A stretch of 50,966 nt of DNA, filler included, from Stramenopiles sp. TOSAG23-3 (taxonomy: Eukaryota): the NCBI GenBank assembly GCA_900128585.1. It is 4 parts of 4 records of this genome, joined end to end, with 100 filler letters (N's around TTAATTAATTAA, not from the genome) between each part and the next. Parts side by side here need not be neighbours in the genome. Positions count along the whole stretch, not along the records: positions 1 to 23,490 come from LT642316.1; 3 more parts are not named here. One strand, given 5' to 3'. The translations under genes and the position numbers were made by a program. This document shows positions 9,996 through 20,700 of this stretch, piece after piece. Numbering within the stretch: the stretch's first letter is position 1; each line of letters starts with the position of its first letter. Under the pieces are notes generated by a model that was not told the origin of the DNA, ran no database searches, and saw only the letters and a list, made by a program, of their open reading frames with translations.

Positions 9996-11192
9996 CTATG
10001 AAATTCTGCGCTTTGACGAGTCTTTTACGCAAAACTTTCCTTTTTTATACCCGACGATGGAGAAAAGGGCAACAACAAAAACAACCAACAAGAAAGGAAA
10101 ACTGTGAGACGAAACTGCAGCATCTGTGTCACTGTCCGACAGTATACTATTCGCATAATCCCAATAAGCCTCGTTCGAAAGGCCTCCCCCTTCCCCAAAA
10201 TTAAACGTGGCAACCGGCCTCTCGTTACGGACGGCTTGCGGGGAAACTCCAGCCAAGTCTCGCTTCATAAGCCCTAGAATGGAAACGTAGTGAGTGTGCA
10301 TATCGAACTGATCGCCCCATGTACCATCTGCGTTCTGGCTGTTGAGAAGAACACTTTTGCTTTGTTCTAATAGGTTGGGAGAAGGCGCGCGCCCACCTTC
10401 AAGGGGGTTCTCTTTTACCCCAGCAACATCTAGCGCATCCAGTATCTCTCCCACGAGTTCGAAATCATTAAAATGTGTGGCTACCTCCAATGTCTGAAAC
10501 AAGTAATTAAATTCTCCTTCTAAACTTTTTGTAGACACACGCGTAAGCCCAAATTCCCCAGTCACATAAACAATATGAAGCACCATCATGGTGTTGGATT
10601 TCGACATCATGTACTCGTTCGCGCCCATCCCCGTGCTTGGCAGCCTGTACGGTCGCAAATGTTTCACCAAGCCCAAAATACGCTCGTGCTCCCATGCTGG
10701 ACCAAGCCGCAAACCAATGCGTTTCGCAGCCCACGTGATGACAAGCAAAAAATCCATTGAACCTGAGGGAATGTCCTCATAAATGCCCTGGTCGTGCCAT
10801 GGTGCCATTTCTTTCAGCCCGCGTACCACAGCTTTCTCCAGTACACGATAATTTACCTCGTAGTCAGTACTGTCTGCGGTGGACGGTGCTGGCGCGCCAA
10901 GGGGTACCTGCAGGCCGTACCGTTTTGCGTTGAACAACGTGAGGACCAAACTGATAGAACACTGAGAGTTGCCCTTATTAACACACTTGCTCAAGTCCTT
11001 TAAATCATGTTTCAGTCCGTTAATGATTCCCTCCGACCGCATCATCGAGAGAGCATACTTCCGGCGCCTTGGAAAAGTACCAATATTCCACCAGGCGCTC
11101 AATATGTCCGAGAAATGGGCTTCCAAACACTCCTCATTTAGAGTGCAATCTTCCAAAAACGAAAGCGCCTTCTCGACCGCCTTTTGTGACAT
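9996..11192 (-). CDS. Uncharacterised alpha-helical protein (DUF6895/terpene-cyclase-fold-like motifs) with C-terminal TM anchor
   Basis: 398-aa ORF; motifs HIVYVTGEFG, ELVGEILDAL, SQNADGTWG (QW-like), HTHYVSILGL; TM FPFLLVVFVVALFSIVGY followed by a basic tail. Family call is from pattern recall only. Confidence 0.6.
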   Translation of the reverse strand: MSQKAVEKALSFLEDCTLNEECLEAHFSDILSAWWNIGTFPRRRKYALSMMRSEGIINGLKHDLKDLSKCVNKGNSQCSISLVLTLFNAKRYGLQVPLGAPAPSTADSTDYEVNYRVLEKAVVRGLKEMAPWHDQGIYEDIPSGSMDFLLVITWAAKRIGLRLGPAWEHERILGLVKHLRPYRLPSTGMGANEYMMSKSNTMMVLHIVYVTGEFGLTRVSTKSLEGEFNYLFQTLEVATHFNDFELVGEILDALDVAGVKENPLEGGRAPSPNLLEQSKSVLLNSQNADGTWGDQFDMHTHYVSILGLMKRDLAGVSPQAVRNERPVATFNFGEGGGLSNEAYWDYANSILSDSDTDAAVSSHSFPFLLVVFVVALFSIVGYKKGKFCVKDSSKRRIS

Positions 11193-11802
11193 ATTTCCCT
11201 CGTGTATTGCTAATAATTATATATCGTTAAAGTTAAACGTTAAACGAAGATACAGAACGAAACCCATTTACCATTATTTCTGAAATCAACAGGTATTGAA
11301 ATTTGATGTTTATTTTATATTGCACAAATGATCTGTGTTCTTCTATTATTATAATAATAAAACCACACACACCGCCGGTCGGTATTTTATAATTTAAATT
11401 ACCGCGACGATCTTTTCTGTGAAATATGGGAGAAAGGAAGAAGGAAGAGAGCGAGAAGAAGAGAACGAAAGGAAGAAGAAAGGAAGAAGAAGTTGGAAGA
11501 TTAAATATTATTATTATTATATAAAAATTGATGGAGGAAGAAGAAGAAGAAGGAAGTTGTCTCACATCTTCTTTTCTTCTTCTCTGCTTCTTCTTCTATT
11601 ACCAGCTCGATAATATAATAATATTTTTATATATATCGTATAATTATATCATCAACATAATAAATACAAGCAAAATCGATAAAAGATCAAATAAATTGAT
11701 GCATTAAGACATACGTATTTATGTGCACTTAGAGAATCTGCGTCGTTTTGTATAGGAAGGCACCGTTGAAGGGCTCTAGCTAAAAAAAAAATATTGCCGG
11801 AT

Positions 11803-12651
11803 ATGAACAACACACAATTGAGTGGAAGCGCCGCGGCGGGCGACGAGTCCCGTGAGCGTTTGGTACAAACAGATAGAGCGGGGCCGAGCCCGCGTCGGGT
11901 GGCGAAAAAGACCAAGGGGATGGCAAACAATACGACGGTGCTGTGGGCACTGATCATTCTCGTCGGGATTGTAACAGTTGCCCAGTACATCGCTGCGGCT
12001 TATAGCAAAAGTCTGGCCCTTACAGCGGACGCAATCCAAAATACTGTGGACCTGACGACCTATATTGCTAACTTATACGTAGAATATGTAGTGCTTGAGA
12101 ACCTGGGGGAACACAGTTGGAGAGTAGATCGGCTCAATATTGCATCGGCAATTTTTTCATTGATCGGCCTTGCCGGGGTTGGAATATACATACTAGGGCA
12201 CGCCCTTTACCGAATGAATCGTCCGTCCCACGTGGAAGCTACCACAATTGACGCTACACTACTGCTCGGGTTCACGCTCGTTGGGCTAATGTGCGACATC
12301 GGCTCATTGGTCATTTTTAGCGTGTTTGCCCAAACAACTTTGGAAGATGGCCGAAAGAACGTGAACATGATATCTGCAATGGCTCACGTAGTTACTGATT
12401 TTATTCGGTCCCTCTTCGTTGCTGGTGGGGCTCTTTTGATATATTTTCAGCAAACAAAGATTATAAATTGGAACGTCAAGGAAGATCAAATGGACGCCAT
12501 CCTGTCGCTGTTGATAGTCGCGTGTATATTCTCTGCGTCGTTCTTTTTGCTACGAGAAATTCTGCACCTCGCAAAACATGGCGACCACAGAATTAAACTT
12601 TTGCGGTGCCAGGCCGAGAAGAAAGAGGGGAGGATGGACGTGGAGATATAG
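11803..12651 (+). CDS. Cation diffusion facilitator (CDF/ZnT) metal transporter lacking the C-terminal cytosolic domain
   Basis: Six hydrophobic segments; SLALTADA signature; NMISAMAHVVTD (HxxxD). First in-frame ATG is at 11803. Confidence 0.85.
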   Translation: MNNTQLSGSAAAGDESRERLVQTDRAGPSPRRVAKKTKGMANNTTVLWALIILVGIVTVAQYIAAAYSKSLALTADAIQNTVDLTTYIANLYVEYVVLENLGEHSWRVDRLNIASAIFSLIGLAGVGIYILGHALYRMNRPSHVEATTIDATLLLGFTLVGLMCDIGSLVIFSVFAQTTLEDGRKNVNMISAMAHVVTDFIRSLFVAGGALLIYFQQTKIINWNVKEDQMDAILSLLIVACIFSASFFLLREILHLAKHGDHRIKLLRCQAEKKEGRMDVEI

Positions 12652-12779
12652 GAGAGAGAAATAAGCCTTGACTTAATCTTAGGGGGGGGGGTTTTAATGG
12701 AATTAAAGAAAACTTTACTTCGTATTCATTCCTATCATATGGAAAAAAAACAAGAATACGATATTTAAAATTCTTAACA

Positions 12780-13454
12780 CTACAATAAATTTTTTTTCGC
12801 CATGAGCCCGTGCAGCACTACTAATGAAGATATTGAGCCTAATATCCCAGTCGCGCCGTCGGTAAAACCAAACCCAAACCCATTTTTCAGTGCCACCAAT
12901 ATCATACAAAAACGGTGCACCATGTCCCTTTTTAATTCCATCAATTTATTGGCGACGTCGTCGCGGCGATTTGTAACCCCTGCGCTCATGGAATTGTCTT
13001 GAATGTTTGAGATCGCCAAATAACTGAGAGCGAAATAAAATGAATAACCAATACCACGAAATTTCCAGGCTATTTTCTTGAAAAATTTTTCGTGCGGAGT
13101 TACGCTACTAAACAACTTCAACTTGGCGATCCACAACATATGATCGCCTATGTACCAGAGTGCGACCGCGTAACCTGCCAGCATTTTCAAGTAGTCTTCC
13201 TTCTTCGTGTCACTTCCACTTGTACCTATTCCAGCCGCCGCTTTACTGCCTTTCTTCATTTCTGGGATAAACTTTCCTAACCGAAACACTTTCCGTGCCA
13301 TGCTGAAATTTTTTTCCACTATTTCACAGCTGTTCGAGACAAATGGCATAGAGTTTAATGTGTAATATTTCACCGCACGGCCACCATATTGGAGCAGTTT
13401 CGTTATCTTGTCCCGGCCACCCAAATCTTTCAACAGGACGGTAAGCGAGTCCAT
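12780..13454 (-). CDS. PEX11: Peroxisomal biogenesis factor 11
   Basis: GRDKITKLLQY and SMARKVFRLGKFI motifs; C-terminal GILGSISSLV; 224 aa. Confidence 0.9.
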   Translation of the reverse strand: MDSLTVLLKDLGGRDKITKLLQYGGRAVKYYTLNSMPFVSNSCEIVEKNFSMARKVFRLGKFIPEMKKGSKAAAGIGTSGSDTKKEDYLKMLAGYAVALWYIGDHMLWIAKLKLFSSVTPHEKFFKKIAWKFRGIGYSFYFALSYLAISNIQDNSMSAGVTNRRDDVANKLMELKRDMVHRFCMILVALKNGFGFGFTDGATGILGSISSLVVLHGLMAKKNLL

Positions 13455-14751
13455 TTGTAAACGCTAAGTCCTGTGGGCTGGGGGTAAACGTATTAAATAC
13501 AATAATTATAATCCACAACCTACTTCCTTGGGAGCGTTTGTTCGTTTTAAAACCTTTCAACGTGTACGTTCATTAATTCTTCTCTGATCTTTTCTATGAT
13601 GATGAGGAGTTTCTTTGTGTAAAATAATAATAGAATAGAAAAAAAAGGAAGAAGAAAGAGATGGATGATGATGATGCCATGATGATTTTATTTTTTTGAT
13701 TCTTTTGTTGTTGTGTGTTCTTGTTGTTGGGTCGCCTATTTTTTATTCGTTGTTGATGTGTCATGTAATTAATACTAATATTTATTACCTTGAATAATAA
13801 TAATATAATAAAATAATAAAATTACTCAAAGTATGGTACGGTAGTGTGACTACGATTCCTTCCGGCTAATTAGACTAAGGAAGCGTAGGAGTTATTACGA
13901 TGCCAAGGCTCCAAAACAGGACGACTCCAAGCAAAAGCAAAAAAAGAATGATGTATTTTTATTTATTGGATTTATGCTCTGTGTATTATGTAGTTATGGA
14001 TTATATTCTAAAATAATATACAGTTTCTTCTTCTTCATTTTAATTATTTTTTCAATTCATTTCTCCTCCTGCTGAGGTCTGAGGCTAGACTACGAGTCCT
14101 CGTATACTCGTATACGAGTATCAGTTTCGGATTTTACTACAGCTCTCTCTCTCTCTTCTTGGACGACTCCTCGTCTCCTCGTACTCGTACTGGTAGTTAT
14201 AAGAAATAAGAAGAGGAGGAGATATATTATTATTATTAGTCTAGTAAGTCTATTATAATTATTCGTCTAAATTATAATACCTGCAGCACATTATTTTTAT
14301 AATGTACCGTAGCAGGGCAACAGAAGGGGAATTTTATGAAAACCACAAAGTAAAAAGAAGAGAAGAAGGTTTCATTTTTTTTTGTTGCATTTTTTTGTTG
14401 CATTTTTTTTTTATTATAATAATAATAATAATAGATCTATTATTAGATCTACGTAGTCGACTACTGCTGTCTTAATATTATTATTTATTATTATTTTTTC
14501 TTCTTCTTTTTTTTTGAAAAGAACAAGCAATGAAAACATTTAAATAATACGAATGCATTTCGTGATTATAATCGGATCACTCTCTCTCCACAATTTCACC
14601 TTTTTGAATTCCCTGTCCTTTCCGTGTCGATTTTCAGCAGTTGCTTGTCGAAGACAGACGATCCAACATCGGCCGATCTGCGCTTGAAAACATAAACGGC
14701 CAACAGAGCAAGAGGTATTTTTCGGTGCCCTTCGACCCCTTTCGTCAGGAA

Positions 14752-17700
14752 ATGGCCGTCAGAGTGTATGCCTCTTTCCTTTTTCTGATTGTAGCGCCAT
14801 TGTTCCTCAACGCTTGTGCGCGACCGTACACATCCTCAAATGGACGCCACTGTCTCCAAGGTCGTGCGCGAAAAATGTGGTCCGACGGTGAATTCTCAGG
14901 GTACGGGGACACGAACCGCACTGAAGCTGTGTGCAAAGCTGAGTGCGACAAGTACCCGGATGAGTGCGCTGGGTTTGACTACTATCGCCCTACCGGATCT
15001 TGCTTGTTTCGCGGGGGCAAACTGCCCGACTTGTACGAAGCGAGCAAGGAGGGCTTGTATAGGCGAGGGAATTGCTCGAATTCAGACGATTTTCACCACG
15101 CACTTCTTCCTGCCGCCATCGGAGGGACCTGTAAAACCATTGGAAAGGTTGTAGAAAGCATCGCCCGGATAAAAAACTTTCCGATAGCAGCCTGCCAACC
15201 CACAGACGGTTCGTTCGTTTTATTTTCTGGTACCGTGTGCAACGTAGATGGGGGGATATTGTGGGATAGTATGACTGTCGTCCAGGACCGCCTGGTTGGA
15301 AAAACCAGCAAAGACTGCACTTTTACAAGGGCTGAGGCAGAAGCAAACGGGAATTTGGATAAGCTGAAATTTTTTGGCCAGTGTGGGGAAGCGCCAGAAG
15401 CCCTGGAAACAGGTGGCCCTTTCCTGTCGGGACTGTCGGGCGGGGGGGGGTTTGGTCCATTCTTTGGTTATGTGGGCCATTATTTGCTCAAGGGTGAAAC
15501 GAAATGCGAAGTTTCGTTAAGCAAACGACAGTGTCGTCTGTTCGCTAAGTTGAGAGGGTTCCAGTTCAGTTTGAGCGGACAAAATTACAATAACCCTGAA
15601 GGGCAAGATGCGAAGTTTCAACAAAACATTCCAACGCTTCCATCCGGGTGCTACATTAACGAAGGAACAGTCGAGTGGAATAGAAACGATAACGCTCACA
15701 CATGCTACAACACGCATTCCGATGACGATAGCAGTACCATCGCGTGTGTCTGCGCTGTCCCCGTGCCCTCAAGTGCATGCTCCCTAAATTGCCCTGAAAC
15801 GAAGTTAGAACAGATCTCTTTAGATGGAGATTGTGGCGATGGGGATCTGGATGATAGCAATCGTCAAGAATTTTTGATTCCGAATACCCCCACTCACCCT
15901 GGTACGTTGGAAGGTGCTCGCGGCATGTGTGCGAAATTCTGCTCAAAGCTAGAGAAACAAAGCTGGGAAAGGGAGAAATGCAAATATTTTTCTGTGAGCT
16001 CGAATTTATTAGATGGTGCAGAGGATAAGTGCTACCAAGAGTTTCTCCCGGATGACTGCCTGTCTTACGAGCAGAACACCAACTCAAAACAAACTTATAA
16101 ATTGGGACCATGGCCCCACTGTTCTGTAAATAGAGCTTTTGGAGGTGTCGCGATTGATTATGAAAGCCAGTGGTCAACCCATGTAGCTACTCCATTTTAC
16201 GAAATTCCGTCCAGTGCGTGGAAACAAGTTACCATAGAATCATCCAACCTAGCGTGCAAACTAATTGGGGGGCACTTGGGCTCTACGGGCGCGTGGAGCA
16301 GCACCACTTCGCTACAATTCAGGTTCCTGGGAAGGAGCCTGGTTCGATGCGACATTACTATACCATACACATTCGTCGGAATAAAAGGCTCAATCGCCGT
16401 GACAAGTGTTGGGGCTTCCAGTGTAGGTGTGGAAGGCCTTTCTGGGTGGGGGATGGCTGCCGCCTACCAGTCGAGCGCAGCAGACGGTATGCCTTGCCCA
16501 TATGGCTATGCTCCAGTTACAAACAACAAAGACTGTGGCCTTGCGGCATCCCAGCTGCAAAAAACGTTTTCCACTGCCGCCGATGATACAAAAATACACG
16601 GCTGTTTCCTGGACACGGATGTTTACTTCAACAGCTTGGGCTTCGATGGGCCCTCTCAAACTGGAAAGCGTGTTTGTGCGAGCATTGCTGTCCCTACACC
16701 ATCGTCCATTTCCCTTGGGAATCATATAAGGCCGATTTTGAGAACGGACAGCACGACCACGATTTCTTCTTCCTCTACGCTTTCCTACGGAACGTCTGAG
16801 GGTCTGGGTTCATCGTCAGTTATTCGCATTGAAACTTCCCAGAGTACTGGCAGTGCTAATGATTTTGACGTAACGGTAAATTTAGAAGTATTGGTTCACG
16901 GAGAAAGTGGTGGTGAGCTGCCTTCTCCCCGTCACTCTCACTCACTGTTCATAGACAACGACTTTGAGAGAAACGAAATCCATGATCAAAAGCCTATTGT
17001 ATACATGTATGGTGGACGGCAAGGGAACGCCATCAGTGGCGACCTTTACGCAGTAAATGTTAGTAGCATGGCATGGACACGGCCCACCGTAGTGGACAAT
17101 GGGCAGCAACCAGGCCCTACTTACGGCCATCGCGTTATTGGTTACAAAAACTCGATGATTTCCTTCGGAGGATGTTGCCACGACAAGCAAGCACACAATG
17201 AGGTTTATTCGTTAGACCTGGACTCGATGACTTGGACCCGATTGACCGTTGGTGGATCAGCTCCCGACCCCCGAATGTACCACTCGTTCGTTAGGTGGGA
17301 AGATTCGGCGTACGTGTTCGGGGGGGTCGTTGGCTCGAATCCCAAATTAGTAGCGGCTGCTCCTTGTGCACGCCATGGTAAACGAATGAACATAATTAAA
17401 GCAGCAACAATCCCGACCTCTCCCTCTGTACTATTACCGTTTGTTGTGGACAACAAAGAGCCGACCCGCACTGCACTAACGTATGAAACGTGGATACGAA
17501 CGCCTGAAACGTTTCTCTCTTCCGCCGCGCTTGAAATAATTGGGGGTAATAGCAATAACCCTGATCACGGGTGGTACCTTAAAACAGATGCATCTTGCGG
17601 CGGTGGTTTTTGTCAATATTTAGGACAAAGTAACTTTTTTGGGTCTACTCCTGTCGACGAAGGCGTTTGGTACCACCTCGCTGTTACGATGTCCGAAGGA

Positions 17701-20700
17701 TTTGAAGTTACTTACTACCTTAATGGACAAATAGACGCATCAAAAAATCTTGCGCCTGACTTTTGCATACATCAGACGTATGTTCTTGCTCCTACCAGTT
17801 ACCCCTGCCCCGACGGGTACGTGCAGGTGAGTGATAAGGATGTGTGCAACAATGCTGCGGGTGAACTCCTGCCTGGCCAATTCAATGGGGTTCTCTCCAA
17901 CATATTAGATCACGTCGCGGGGTGCATCACGTACTTAGACGGGTCTACAAAGAAGATAATGTTCAATGAGCCGACAGAACCAGGAGGCACCGGTGGTGAG
18001 AAAGTGTGCGAGCCAAAACCTTACAGAACTGTCGAAAATGGGAATCCTTGCCCGCACGGTTACAAACAAGAGGACGATCTGGATAAGTGCAAGGTCGCCT
18101 GTGGCGAACTTTCGTCTGGACCTTGCACGTTCTCGGAAACATTCACCCACGATCACCACCCTGGTTGTATCGTTGATAGCACCGATGCCGTACAGTTTAA
18201 CCTGGGTGGGACGAATCTTCCTACAACACAGGGCAAAAGAATTTGCAAGCCCTGCATAGCAAATTTTGTGCCTTCCCTCGGAGATAGGATCGCGCAGGGC
18301 ATTCCAGGTGGTCGGCTTTACAATTTTAGATTATGGAAGCGAGCCCTAACCCAGGCGGAAATACGGAGAAACAGCATGTCGCGGTCTTTTGAGATAATAG
18401 CCCCGCCGTATGGCCCCATCGTTTGGCTTCCATTTCACGACAACGTCCTGGAGGTTATCAACAATCAGGCAATCACGTATACTGGAAATGCTGTTGCGAT
18501 TGGGACGATCGACGTGGGGGCCCTCTCTGAGCGAAGTTTAAAGGCACTCATCGACGTGTTCGATGATTCGTCTCTAGATTGCACGATTTCGTGCGTGGAC
18601 GACGCTCTGTGTTTTGATGCGTTTCCATGGAAAACTGGCAAGATGACTTGGGGGCAATTTAAGACCGAGGCTTCAAATCGCGAAGGCCGGCTGCCTACAT
18701 TGAAAGAGGGGAGGTCTTTGAGTGCAGACGATCCTCTATTGTCCGACATTTGGATTGCTGTCCAAAATCACGCTGCCCCAGGGGGAAAGGACTGGATGCA
18801 GCTTTCGGTCCGAAACAGTAGATTTCAACATGGGGTGTCCTATTTTGAAACATTTGGATCTTACCCGTCTTGGGGAGACGACTCCAAGGCGGTTTTTACT
18901 CCCAGAAGCAAATATTTTGCCTTCGTTCCTGTGAACGAAAACAAAAACATGCAGAATTTGTTCAGGCTGGACCTTCAAAATTACAAATGGAAGCCCAGCC
19001 CGTTCGCCGAAAATATTCCCCCTTCGCCCATTCAAAGCATCGTGAGCCGTGTCCTCACCTTGTCTAACGTGGCAAAATACGGGGCAGGGGATGTAGTCGT
19101 TGTTTCCTTGCAATACGAACCACCTGCGGACTCTACGTGTGAAGCGGAGTTTGGTGGAGAAAACAAGAACGGTATGTTTACTATTTTGAAGGTAGACGGG
19201 AGCACCAATACGATAGAGTTGAGCGAAAGTCTGACTGATATGGACAGCTCGGGCCATGTCAACGATGGGTGCAGCTTGTCCCGGCTGAATGTAGTAAAGC
19301 CAAGAAATATCCCTTTCAAAGCCATTGTAAACATTGTCGACAAAGCAATATTTATAGCGTCTGCCACAGGCTACAATGTTGGTGACCGCGTGACTATTGG
19401 GTACCAACTCGATCTGCAGTCGCGGAAATGCCAAGCAGTGGGATCCTACACAGTTTCAAAAGTAGACAGTAGCAGTAGCCCGGCAACCCTAACAGTCGAG
19501 GAGACGATCGCTGGTGGAGACTTTGATAATAGTAATAACACAAACGTGAACAACGGGTGCCGCCTGGGGCGATATGTTCCTGTAAAACTATTGCAGTGGA
19601 CAGAAGTATCCATAAGCGACGAGTTTAAACCGTCCCCTCGGCACGGGCACTCTGCTGTTGTGAATCATGGTACTATGTACGTTTTTGGAGGCTACGATGG
19701 AAAACAGTACTTGAACGATGTCCAAACCATTGATTTAGAAGCTGTGGCTAACCCTAATGTTATTCAAAACAAATGGAGAGCAGGGGTGTCTCGTCAAGTA
19801 TCTGGGAGATTCCTTTACCTGCGTTCAACCAAGAACACATCATTGACCGTTTCAGAAATCCAAGTGATCAATTACTACGGCGAAAACATAGCGGTAGGAG
19901 TTTCTTGCAATGAGGGTGTTGACTGCTTGTTACATGGTAGTGGAACCGGAGCCCAAACTCCAAACCCAAGCAACAAGATAAAAGATGGTGACATTCCTTC
20001 AAGAGTCCACTCCGCGGGCGCGGGGGGGTTCAAAGCGTACAGCTTGAAAACGAGCAGTGCAGGAAATACAAACGATGATAATTGGCTTCGAATAGAATTT
20101 CTAAACAAATTCACAGACTCATTGATTCACAAAATAAAGATTTGGACCAGCAGTGACCTCGCTGAAAAAACCCAGCTGTTGAATGCGAGGCTGTACATAA
20201 CGGATGAGGCCATGACAACGTACGGAGACCCGTCGACGTATTCTTTAAAGTGGGTACTAAATGGAACAAATTATCAGGAATACGTTGTCGGCGGCAATCT
20301 TGGGAATCCCAGGGACCAATTTGAGCACGTGTGTGCAAGTAGAAAGGCCGATTCGGACTGCACCGTTTTGTCTGCTGCTCCAAACAGTTTTTACAGACGC
20401 CTGGACACGGCAATGGAAGATTGCTTGAGCTTGCCAAGCAATGAAAGTGCTCTTGTATGCAATGCGATTCTTGAGGAGAAATTAAACGACTTTCCCCAGT
20501 TTAAACACCAATTTTCGTTTCTTCACTGTCCCCAAGTCCCCGCTTGCAACGGAGCCTACGACGCTAGCGGGAAGTCGCTGTTTTGGCTGTTGAGAGCTCG
20601 TCAAGAACCATTACCCCGGAGTAACCATTCTGCGGTGATCCAGAACGGGGCGATGTATGTTTTTGGTGGCTGGAACGGCGCCAATATATTTGACGATACA

